DNA of 64,000 bases from Trichoplax adhaerens (taxonomy: Eukaryota > Animalia > Placozoa), in NCBI RefSeq assembly GCF_000150275.1, contig NW_002060953.1, positions 1,399,693 through 1,463,692 of the forward strand, read 5' to 3'. Both the position numbers and the translations under genes were made by a program. Of the stretch, positions 50,708-63,010 are shown one piece after another. Positions within the stretch are counted from its first letter, which is position 1. Each line of letters begins with the position of its first letter. Below the pieces are notes generated by a model. That model was not told the DNA's origin. It worked only from the letters and a program-made list of their open reading frames with translations, and did not search any database.

Positions 50708-51223
50708 ATGGCTCAATCCAACTCCTTTATAAAATATTGCTTATCGATTTTAATGTTATTAATAGTAGTTATTTTTTGCGTTCATGTTCTAAGTATCGCT
50801 TCGCGAATCAATCAATACACATTGATTACCAATTGTACGTACATAAATGGCAGTTTAGTCAGTCAGCCTTACCGAGGGGCGGTAGTTTTTGCAGATGCGT
50901 GGAATCCTTCTACCAATGTCAGAGTTATTACAAAGATATTACATCCTAATTCTCCTTATACTATAGTCAGTGACTATCGACTTTCGACGTATTTGTCACG
51001 TTGGAAAAGCAGCAAAACTTTGAATTGTTACGTTGATCTAGCCTCTTCGGCTGTTGTAAAGGCAGGAGCTGCCGATCGAATGCCAATTGCTTTTTATATT
51101 ATTATCTTGATTCCGTTTTCCTTCCTCTTGCTGTTAACTGTTGCTGTGATTTGTTATAAGATTCGTCGTTCATTGAAGCCGGATAAGAGTAGTGCAGTAC
51201 AGAGTAACGTTACTAGTATGTAG
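50708..51223 (+). CDS. Uncharacterised two-TM membrane protein, paralogue B (171 aa), KCNMB/TipE/DUF3592-like topology
   Basis: Single exon. TM1, loop with CTYING, PYRGAVVFADAW, LSTYLSRW and CYVD, TM2, KIRR stop-transfer. Aligns motif by motif with 47402-47896. Confidence 0.85.
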   Translation: MAQSNSFIKYCLSILMLLIVVIFCVHVLSIASRINQYTLITNCTYINGSLVSQPYRGAVVFADAWNPSTNVRVITKILHPNSPYTIVSDYRLSTYLSRWKSSKTLNCYVDLASSAVVKAGAADRMPIAFYIIILIPFSFLLLLTVAVICYKIRRSLKPDKSSAVQSNVTSM

Positions 51224-51316
51224 GGCTTTTAGTTTATTGTAATCGATTCAAATGGCAAATACAGTAATCCAGTGTAGGAGCCCAGATGTGTTCTCTTTCG
51301 TAGATTGGCTTTCGCA

Positions 51317-51336
51317 TTTTTTTTTTTTTTTTTTTT
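51317..51336. repeat. Poly(T)20 homopolymer in the presumed 3' UTR of 2-TM gene B
   Basis: Twenty consecutive T residues. Confidence 0.9.
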
Positions 51337-52688
51337 GGACTTGTTGATAAAACGTCGTTATGGTGCCGACCTAATCCATAATATTTAAGTTGCCTATACA
51401 GTATTCATTACTGAACTTCTATTTCTCTTTCTCGAAGTTATTAAAGCCGCTTTCGCTAGTGCTTGTTTGATGAACGATTGTTTGCGACATTGTTCACAAG
51501 TACAGCACTACAATAAATGAATAATATACTCGTACCCTAGTTATTTGAATGGAATTAAATTAAATGTGTCATCTAAGCAATAATTGAATCATAGTAATTT
51601 ATGTAATAGCTATTCTTTTGATTAATATGGATGCTGACTAGTAAGCTTCATTTTGTAGCTGATATTAAATGACTAGCTATGAACTACCTATCATCTTCTG
51701 GCTTTCGTACTGGGAACGGCAACATTAATTTAAAAAAATGACAATGGTTTTAATTTGCATCAAAGTAAATAAGGTTAGCTCTATGCCAGCGCAATCACGA
51801 TTGCTGGACCGTCACTTTTGAAGTAATTGAAAATAAAACGGCATCATAGCTTAATCTTAAAGCTTCATCGCTACACTGTCCACTAAGACATAGCGAAGTA
51901 GTTTGAACTGTACAGTACATTGGACGAATCTGTGGAATGCAACCGCTTTTTCTACGCAATTAATCGCCTATTTATTGGATGATCAACTGCTTTCGGATGT
52001 CGGAGATACAGTACATAACAGCAAAAAAGTAGTCTTACAGACACTTGGAATTATGAAAACATTTTTATAGAAGCAGAGTTAAATGTAGATATCCTAGGAC
52101 AGCTTTTAATACATCTATAGAATCTGTCACGTATTCATGTGTTTACAGAAGTTATTTATTTACGACACTGCAGCAATAGAAATTTATTTGCATAGGCAAA
52201 TATAAAACTAAATGGTGTTCATACTTGCTGTACGAATTGTGCCATAGCAATATACTGTACACTACGGTATACACTTTCTATCCGTGAAATACTTTTTCAT
52301 ATTTTGGATTTTCGAAAGGCTTTCGATAGGATAAAGTAGTCATCTTCTAAACCAAGGAGTAGGAAAGGCATGGTAGTTTTTATTTTTTGCGCTAAAGCAT
52401 GGTAATTAAAGTTGTGCTGTACCTTTAATGGCGTGTTTTAGATACACGTTCATTGTTGCTGACAAAGATATTTCGTATCATTAAATTTTCGACTAGCGTT
52501 GTAGACGAAGGAAGTGGATATTGCATTCTAAACGAGCGTTGACTCCTGTTAAAGCTTTTTGACTACTATCATTCCAATTTCCTATGTACTGTCAGGCCTA
52601 CGTACTGTACTGTATGTCTGTGCGTATAGCGTATTTGTAATAGATTATGTAAACATAGTATAGCGTGCGGCGTACGGTAAATTTCATC

Positions 52689-53236
52689 ATGGAGTTCATC
52701 AACATGTCTATATACGCTATTGCATTCAGTGTAATACTGTACCTGTCTATAGATTTTGTACTCCAGCTCATTTTTTATAACAAGTTCGATCAGCATTGCT
52801 CATTGTCAAAATACTTTACTGCTACTACGCGATTATTAATGAAAGCAATATCATACTGGTAGCACCTAAGTCGTACTACAGTTTAGATAATTTAAACTAC
52901 GTATTCAAGCTAAATTCAGGAGAAATACTGACTATGGAGGACTTTCTAAAACCTTGTATGTCAATTTTATCGAAATCATATTGCTTACTGGCTTCATTGA
53001 CAAGATATACATACGATCTGCTAACTAGAGAACTATATAGTTTGCAATATGTTATTACTATTCTAGGTTACAAAACACATTTGTGTGAATACAGGAAAGT
53101 AACGAGTTTGTTGAACTACCTCCTTACATGCATTATAGCTATGCTATTAATTTTAGACTTAATCTATGACATTGTCACGATGCTGCGAAAGGTCATAAAA
53201 AAAAGAGTTGAGCCATATACTTTAATGATTTGCTGA
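52689..53236 (+). pseudogene. Possible frameshifted or spliced two-TM ORF pair
   Basis: ORF 52689-52862 (MEFINM..TM..CSLS) overlaps ORF 52796-53236 in another frame, which ends in a TM followed by RKVIKK. A short TACTG motif cluster precedes it at about 52585-52620. The PYRxAVV and CYVD motifs are not seen. Confidence 0.2.
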
Positions 53237-54701
53237 TTAGAATAATCAGCTGATATTCTAGTCATACTACAGCAATCGGACAAATGCATATCATAATTTA
53301 TATGCTACAATAGCTTAAGAACTACAAAGCTCTTAGCAAAACACGAACTCTAAAATAGCGTTGATTGCGAATCGTTTGAGATAGAAATGATTAAAATTTC
53401 TCAGGATATGCAATTGTTCAGAATTGCCTAACTATCATCCTATCGGTATTAAGATGCTCTATGTAGCATTTGAGAGAAGAAGTATCACTATAAACATTAT
53501 AGTTGAATATTCTACCAAGATCGCAAAATGCCAAGTTATCTGCATTGCGTGTATACGGATACTGTAGGTCGTTTATTGTTATCATTACTTACTACTATCT
53601 GGCTTTCCTTAAACTGTCATATCTAATTTTATATCTAGTCAACTAGTAAATTGTAAACAGTTTATCTCTTGCATCGAATTCTACATGAGCATCGCAAATA
53701 AGCTATCGTCTGCACATTCTTCTACTATATGCTAAATTGTATATCGCACTAAACATGTATGGTGTAAGGTAGAATAGCATAAGGTTTCTTCAAGTCAAAT
53801 TCTTCTTACTTCAGGTTCTTGCTACAGTCTGCATATGCTGAATGTTTGTATGTGTCATATTATATGCTTATATTGACTTGAATATTCGGGTAAGATATGT
53901 TTAATAATTTCAAATTACGTTAATTATCTGTAGCGTCAGAGTTTTATTGGGGTAATGAGTAGCGCTTTACATCGGTTAGATAGTTTTTAACAGTTTTAAA
54001 TTGATTGATTTTTCAACAAAATTTGACCTTTTGGTAACGTATTTGTAAAATTAAATTTTAGATATGCAACGTAGTTTAGATATTATGATTATTGATAAGA
54101 ATGCATATTACTTCAATTAATTCGACACCAGATCAATAATATGATATTTGCAGTTTCTTTATTAAGCTCCATTATTACATAATTATCATTTTCTTATTTG
54201 CTGTTGAGCAACGGTTGAGTTGTTTCGTTTAGGCTATCAACTTCTGATGGTAGAAGCGTTCCAGCTCTATAGTTGCAAATATTGAAATTAAATTTTATAT
54301 ATTACCTTTAAATTGAAAACTTTATTTTAGTGATGCAAGAATAGTATAGATCTTATGTTCGCTTAGCTATAATGTACAGATATACCGTAGCATCAGGAAT
54401 TAAGTAAATTTATGTACATATCAATCTCATCGCCAGCTTGTGAATTCATATTTAATATACTACATTTAACGTATCTGATTATAGTTCACACAAAATTTAA
54501 GATGTCCTGTTGTCATATTAAGAGAAAAATAATTTTCCTGCTGTTCTTTAATGCAAATTTGCTAGCCTATACAATAGATTTATTCTGAAAATACTATCGT
54601 ATATGAATTCTCTAGTTTAATCTAAGGTGTGAGTTACTGTATTGAAGCAATAAATATGATATTTTTGATAAGCTGATGGTACTGCTTTAAGAAATAGTAT
54701 T

Positions 54702-57700
54702 TTACGAGTATTTATGCCTGCACGACTTGTGTTTAATGCCAAAACAAAATCTCGCAGACAATTTTGTGCTTGTAAGTGTACTTAATTGTGAAACTTGCCC
54801 TATATCCTGTAAATATCTTTTTTCGTCTTTGCGATGAAAGTACCAAAGTACGGCATAAATAATGACCTGCATTCCTTTAAAAACAATCATAGTTATAAAC
54901 ATATTCTTGCTCATATCTCTGTTGTCATACTGCCAGCAAAACTGATTATGATCACACTCAATGTTCCAGAGCGAACATGCTTTATCCATGACTATACCCA
55001 AGAATATTGGGCCTAGTAATCCTCCTATCATTCTTTTCATAAACCCCAATACTCCTAAAGCAAACGATACCTGGCTTTCCGGGACGTTCCTGCAGAGGAT
55101 ATAAGAACTTTAGTACCTTAGTTACTGTTTCTAATTAAAATTTCACTTTATACATCTTTAATTGATGTGTCGATTTTTCTCTTGCCAACGTAAGCATAAA
55201 TAGTAAAAACGTGGAACTATTTTTAGGGCTTACCTAAGGATGACTGTTAATGTTGGCGAATAAGAAATATAAGCAGCAATAACTGAAAAAGTTATACCGA
55301 TCATTAAAGCATATAAAGGTTGACAAATTGGAACTTGACAAAATCCTGGTGTAGCAGAAGGTACGCAAGTGCAATTTTTATAAACCTATTTTAAATACAG
55401 CAATAAAATATTGAAACTGTCTCAGTTTTCTGTTCTGTAAGTAAGATTGTGCAAGGCATAAAAGTATTGTATAGTCTTAGTGAATGGTTCATATGCTATA
55501 CATTGAAATTTCAATTAATATTTAAGCTCTAGTATATTTATGTATCGTTTGTAATTACATTTAACCGTAAACAATGACTAGGATATTCACATTTTAACGT
55601 TGGTTAAAATACTTTGGGTGTGCTATTTTTCTCATTATTTTCCTTAATTCTACATATGCCAGTAAGCGAATTAAATATAAATATGAGTCTTCTAATGCTT
55701 TTAACGATTATTCGTAAAACATGATAGTTGGAATGCTATAGCACCATAAAGCAGTAATGTTGGTTTATTACTCCATAATTATAAGATAATTGCTTCTTTA
55801 GTTAGGTGTGGGTATAAGTTGATTTAACAAAAATCTGGATGCAGGGCGAATTCTAAAGATATTATATTTATTGAATATTCTGCTTACAAGGTTATTATTA
55901 AAATCAGATTCTTTTAAACTACTGCAGCCGGCATGGCAAGGGGATAAATAGGATATGCCATCACCACCGCATACAGGTTCAAATGGAACGGAATCGCACA
56001 AACAGTGACTATTACATGCCGCCTTGTATGTTATATTGGCATACCTATTAATGAAAAGTCAATTATCTCAGATTTATGAATAATATCGCTCTCGTTATGA
56101 TAAATTTACATCTAATTATTTATTTCGATGTGCTATATTCTATTTTCACTTCCTAATGATAAGTAAGCTAAAGTGCTTAACTTACGTATTTAAAGGCAAT
56201 GAAATATCGATTTGTGAATTATTAAAATTATACGGGATATTCACACCAGCAATGGGTATATTAGGACATGATATCAAGTATACCCCTCCTAGAAGAAAGT
56301 TACAAATACTTGTGAAGAAGCAAAATCTGGAAATTTGAGATCCTTTCAATTTCCAGCGTTTGATTACATAGCCACCCTATCGAATATAATTATGATTAAG
56401 GTATCATTTGGTGATAAATCTTGTACAATGATGCCTGCATTTTGTATTGCGGTAAATTTTTTAAGAAGAATCGCTTTCTAGCAATTGATTAAGCAGATAT
56501 TGTTGCTTACCGCAACTTGGCCTACAGAGGCAATGAAAGAAATCAAACCACCACCGAGCATACTAGCTACCAACAACGAATAGCCTGTTTGGGCTTGAAT
56601 GTATTGAGGAAGAAACATTGTAAGACCATTGATAGCTACTTTATCCACAGTAATGCCGAAACTTGCAAACATAAAAATTTTATTGGATAACAACTGTTTG
56701 ATTGCTTTTGGTAAATCGATCATACGATTTCCATACTGATAATCCATATGTTGAGTAGCCACTGTGGCTTCCTTAATTCTCTCTTGCCGTGTATTGTAGT
56801 ATGATGGTAAATGGCGTGGAAATGCAAACACGAATAAAACTGTTAATGCAATTAGAACAACAATACCTAGATAATTAATCCACCAAGCTCCAACCCATGC
56901 AACGCTATTAGAAGTTAAACCTGTTCATGTTTAAAGAAAACATAAAATTATTGCATTATATCCCAAATATTACATATCATATAAGATTTAAAAGTATTTA
57001 CCAAACTTTTGCGATTATGAAATCATGATAACACAATCGATTAGCTATTACCAATTTTAAACTTACTGATCTGAAACTGTTAAATGTAAATCAATGAATA
57101 ATGTATTTGTCATGGGAGTCAAATGATTCATGTCTTGAGTGAGCTTACTATAATTATTATTTTACATCGTATCGACGATTTCTGATGTAAAAACAGCTTC
57201 TAGTCAGATTCATAATTTCTAATACTTGCAATCAATGAATGCATGTATTAAATTTTTGCATCATGTTCCGTAGGAAATTAAACTAATTAGAATGATAGTA
57301 GTAAGATGATGGGGCAGTGGCAGAGATTACATATAGCAGTTCTTTCTAAATTATTCTACCAATTCATTCTGCGATATTGACACAGTTAACGGTTGTAGTA
57401 TCTGTAAATTTATTTACTATTGCTGGTGTATAGAATGGTGAAGCCTGGTGAAAGGAAATTTTTAGGTAGAACCATCATTTTCTCATTAATAACAGATTAA
57501 CATTATATTTCATTCATTATCATTCCTCCGTGGAGGTCGGTAAGTAAAGTACTAAAATATTCGATGGATTTTCCATACATATGCTACAGATACATTCTAT
57601 CGAAACGAAATAAATTACGATATAGAATGAATAGTACTGCACGGCATACATACTATCATAAACGTCCTATTTAGAATTTTAGTTAGTATCGTATCTACGT

Positions 57701-58531
57701 AATATCAATACCATTAGGTGGATCTTTAGGCCAATCAACGTATACATTTGTTAAAGCACCGCCAATAACATATCCTAATGTTGGACCGATAATGCTCATC
57801 ATATGAATAATACCAACGTATAACGGAGAGATAATGGGGCTAACGTTTTCATCTAAATATGCTACACTTAAATTATATCGTGTAGCGTTACCTGCGCCAC
57901 ATAAAATTTGTCCTAGGACGAATAAAAAGGGACAAATCCAAAATGTTGAAGGCTCATAACTTTTTGAACATTTTTCATCGATTGATGTTGTGTTGATGCT
58001 TCTATGGCATAAAGTTTTACCGCTATCATCTTCAAGATAATAGTAGTCATCGACAAGGAAATGAGGGGCTACAAACAACATTGTACCAACTATGTAGAGA
58101 AGTAAGCTATAGCCGATCCAACGACCTTTATGCTTTTGGCTAGCATAAAATGTTAACAAAATGCCATTAATTGCAGCGGAGATATCGGCAGAACTCATAA
58201 TAGCACCGACTTCTGTCGATGTCATATTATATCGTTTTTCCAAAATTGGAGCAATAACAGCTTTAAATCCGAGAAATGCTGTTCCGATTGTACTAAAATA
58301 ACATAGGATGATAAGTAACCAAAAAGAGTTATTAAATACTTGCAACCACTGTGGACGAAAGTATCCTAAGCCACATTCTGAAATTTCATCAAGTGAGTCA
58401 AGATCATCATGAAGATCATCATAATCGTCATCCTTGTCATTAAATTGTTGATTAGTGTCGCCAGCATTATTTGTATAGCTTATTTCTGATGGATGAATAG
58501 GTAAAATACTGCTCAGCTCCTCTTGAGACAT
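54702..58531 (-). CDS. Organic anion transporting polypeptide (OATP/SLCO family, MFS with Kazal-like domain), 6 exons, 705 aa
   Basis: Phase-consistent exons in minus-strand order: 58531-57712, 56920-56511, 56376-56186, 56044-55888, 55385-55234, 55089-54702. Motifs: CGLGYFRPQWLQ, LEKRY, HKGRWIG, APHF, YLDENVS..SPLYVG..GPTLGY..GG, WVGAWW, FPRHLP, FLPQYI, GGYVIKRWKL, Kazal CNSHCLC..FEPVCGGDGISYLSPCHAGC, YKNCTC, LRNVP..SFALG, DKACSLW..C..CWQYD. The N-terminal CG.G.FRP.WLQ block resembles OATP4-type members. Confidence 0.95.
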
Positions 58532-61500
58532 GATTCTTCATTTAATCTGTTACTATTTAGATGACATTTAACGATGGAAGTCAATTTAGATGTTATAATA
58601 CCTCTAGGTCACTAGCCACGGACGTTTAGCGACTCTACAATTTAATATCCCATATATAAGAGTTGCAGAGCATGAAGTACTCGCATTAAATATTCTATAT
58701 TACTTGTATAAAGAAAAAAATGTTATTTTAGCTTGCACCTGCCAATTAAAAATTACCTTTTCATTGTAGTGATCTCAAGTAAACATAACAAAGCTTATTG
58801 CATTTCAGCATTAATTGTTCTTGTTACAACATCCACTGTTTTTAAAATAGCTGAATAAGATAGTGAAAATCGACTTAAAAAGTGTTAATTACATCTGTTC
58901 GAAATCATAATTGGAAAATAAATTCTAATTATCTGATATTAAACAGTTACTGTAACAAAGAAATAAATGAAAAGCTGAATTTATATAGATTAATATAGTT
59001 TTTATATTTCTCTTATAGGTCAGTGAAATCTTGGATACCATCCCGATGCCGCATTTAGAGATCTGGTTGAGTGCTCAAGTATTAATGCAATCCTTGATTT
59101 GAAAGACCTTTGTTTATTGCGTCTAATATTCAAGGCAATGTATAGTCAAATTATTTTTATTATATCCTGGGCGCTCTGTTCTACAATCCTTATAAGCATT
59201 TCTCTGACCTGTAATACACCACTCTATTGATATAAGGGTAGCGTGTATAAGTAACCTATGAAAAGTGAAACATAGGATAAACGTAAGCTCTTTTGTTGCG
59301 TTTAGAAGGATGTATTTTAGCCTAGTGAATTGGAATTTTTTAATTTGACAAAATTACAAGTTGACAAAACAGATTTGCAATATATCAGTATTTGCGGCTA
59401 TAATAATATTTACGAAAGATGTTATACTATATACCACATTGAAGGGAAATGAGCTACTTTTTAGAGGTCTTATTAATGCATATTTACAGTACAGTATTTA
59501 TTCTTATTTTAGATATCAATTTATATCCACGTATTGCTACCTGATCATTTTCTAATTACGTAATTATTAATGTTCTAATTATTCGTCCATTCATTATAGG
59601 TTAGGTTTTAAAACTCCGCGATGCAACGTTAGATGGCTCGTATCAGTTTCAAAAATTCATTCCAATCAAGTAATTTAAATTTGCCGTTACCAAAAAGCAA
59701 TCTTTAAGATCAAGTCATGTTAATCATGATTTGGAAAATAACGGTAACAATTTTGGCCATACTATCCTATCGATTCATAGACATTATTAAAAAGATTAAA
59801 GTAGCCATATAATAACGGATAAATTAATAATGAAGATTAGATTTTTCGAGATAATATATGTACTGTTCCAAAGGATTATTACTCTCTATAGTATTTGATA
59901 GCATTATTTTACTTTAAATATGGTCATTTAATGTAAGCATAAGAAAGTGCTTTAGCGATAAAATTGGCAAGAATGAAAATTAATTATTTCGCTATGTAAA
60001 TAATATTTGAATAGCTAAAAGGTTTGATATCCCATTGTAACCACGAATCTTAAAATGAAGAAGATAACATATCATATTTGACAGTATAAAATGGATAAAA
60101 GCTTGTCATTAAATATACTTTTGAGAAACTAAGCTTAAGCAATGCTAACTATTTAAGTTGGAAAACTTGATTATTTGTGGTTCAGTGCAACATTAAACAG
60201 TATTTCAACTCCACGAGTGTCATTAGGCCTCATTTAAGGTTTATACTGGCCAATTGTAATCGGTATCGTAATTTGGATAGTAGTTTTATTTTAGCTAGAT
60301 TTTTTTCTCGTTTTTAGGCCTCTCATAATTAGAATAGATGATTCCTACAGTAGTGAAAATATATAGAGTGGCATAGTTCTTATTTGACGAAAGTTCTAGA
60401 ATTTAATATTTTATGAAATTTATAAAACGTAAGCTTTGTATACGATATAATAATAATCTTGTTGTTCTATACTCGGGAAGTATAGATATTAGCCATATCT
60501 TAATACATTACTAGCATTTCTGATTTTTCTAATTTTATCTGCTGAATAGGTTGGTACTTTAACTGCCATATTATTAAAGCACAGGCTTTACTAAACAATG
60601 CAAACGTTCATACCTTGTGCCATATTTCAAATTTAATAAATCGAAATTTTAATCAGACAGTTACTTATTACTTTATGCTACCGACTAAAATTGGTCGAGA
60701 TAATCTTTCCACTTGAACTCCTGTAGTGGTAATGACAGGCTTTCCTTCTGTACTCAATTTCGTCTGTCTACATTTTTCGGTATTTTATGCTAAAGTGAAA
60801 AAGCATGAACAGTTAGCACTGTACCAAGGATCTGTACCTGGTTCAAGTTTTTTATAAATGCCGAGCAATTATCGTGTATGCTACAAACCATGTCTTGTAT
60901 TCTCAACTATATGCTATTGATATGATATTATTTATGTCGGTAGTCTGGGTTATAATTATCGCTTTATGTATTTTAATTCTGAAATACTGACAATTATAAT
61001 TAATGTCATATAACAATTTCTGAACTATAATGAGTAACAAATGAATAGAGACAAGAAATGATGATCTAAAAATAACATTTAATCCAGAACGACTACAATA
61101 GACGCCGCTTTAGCTTATTAACCTAAACTATCAGAGAAAATTTTATTCAAAGATTGCGAGCAGTAAAGTCAATTTCTTGAAAAAGATTTCATTGTAGCAG
61201 TATGCTTCGGTTTTTATATATTTGTTAGTCTGAAATGTTATGTTGTAGTGTATGACGTTGACGATTTGAAACGTTGAATTGATGGTGTATAATCTCGACG
61301 TATTATCATAGACGCCGACTCCCTGATGTGATTAATCTCAAAGATTTAAGGCATTGATAAATAAAGACTATAGTAAAGCCGCGTTTCTATACTCCTGCAA
61401 AGAATAAGCGTAGATTTGAATGTAGCTTAAATTAGATTAAGTAAGGATTATATTAATTATTATTAACATAGATATATCGCGTTATTACGCAAATGCCGGA

Positions 61501-63010
61501 AGTGTTGACATGATGATTTTCTTGATTTTATTATTTATATTCATTGTTTCTAGATATTAATTTCTAATCTCTTTGCTACAGTACTTCGTTTGTTATTGAT
61601 GAATTGCTGACAAATTTTATGATATTGTCTACAAGGAAATGAACAAGATTAAATCTATTGGATAACAGATTAGGCAAAGTCAATTGATTCATAGGCGTTG
61701 AGTTTATGCATGCACAAAATGTTCATTGCATGTTAATATAGGCATTTTAGTGCTTGTAGTGGTTAAAGATGAGCGAAAATGTTGGTAATGTATCCAACTT
61801 GCAAGTCATAAAGTCAGCGGAGATTTATTTGACGCTTTTACAGTGCAACAAGGCATCCGCTACTTCGAGAATATGAGAAAATTAATTATAGAACATAGTT
61901 GCTAATTGTAATACTGTAATAATTTCCGTATTCTGGTTATGATTGATAAATTCTATAATATAGTAATAACACGAATATATTGCCTATTGAAATCCAATCC
62001 ATTGTTTTCCCATCCCGTTTTAAATTATGGGTAGATATAACTCAATAATGATTATCATATAATTCTACAACTGGAGGAATCATAACAATACTAGCTGTCG
62101 TTTAATTTACAATTGCAAGAGAAAAGTAGATGGCAGAACAATCAACAAGTTGACAGATCACAAGGTGGCAGATAATAATTCTATCCAATCTACCTTAGCA
62201 TTGTTTGATGCTATTCAAATCATATTAATTATTGTTATCTATCCTTATCATAATGCCCAATAGCATGTTGTGTATTTGATTGACTACCGAATTTAAATGA
62301 TAAATTTGTTTGTTTAATTAGTCGACTCGATTGTATATATTTACGCTATGTTCACCTTTCTGATGTGGCAGCAACACCCTCTCGACCAGTATAGTTTACT
62401 ACATCATCTTGGATTGACATATTGAAAAGTGGGCAGACATTAACAAGTACTAATACTTATGTTAAAAGGGATATATACCCAAGTTGAGAATAGTATTATT
62501 GTGAAGTTGGGCATATTCCTGTTTAGTAAGGTCGTTAATGGATGTGTTTTGACCGATGGTATGTTTTACAGATGAAATGTTATGTAAAGTGTCTTCACTA
62601 TCTTGTATATAGCCGTAGAATAATAGTTTACCAATGGGATTACTTGCCTAGGTTAAAATATTGAACTGTTAACATTAACTTGAGAAACCGAACAAAATAT
62701 GGAAATTTGTATTCTTCCTAACCACGTTCTAGAATCACGAATAGTGATAGCCTTCTTTTTTTTTATTTAATTTAGCATTTAGGTGAACTGCTTTCCGCTG
62801 CTTTTACCCAAAGAGATTGGAAACTTGTACTTCATTTTTTTGCAAGTCATCAAGTAATTATAATCGGAAATGTGTCTTAGCTTGACCACCTAGCTAAAGA
62901 CCACTGCTAATGAACTGAAGAAGGAAAGAAAAACAATCTCTTCACGTACTGTATAAACTTATCATTTACGTCACAATTACAACCCTTCCATTCAGCCCAG
63001 ATTAATCGAC

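Noticed and set aside
51317-51336. Poly(T) as the retroposition tail of gene B
   Set aside because: Wrong strand for a poly(A) tail of a plus-strand gene, and no flanking target-site duplication seen.
2886-58531. Functional linkage of the predicted anion-binding GPCRs with the organic anion transporter as one system
   Set aside because: They are about 20 kb apart with unrelated genes in between. Proximity in an animal genome is weak evidence without co-expression or conserved synteny.
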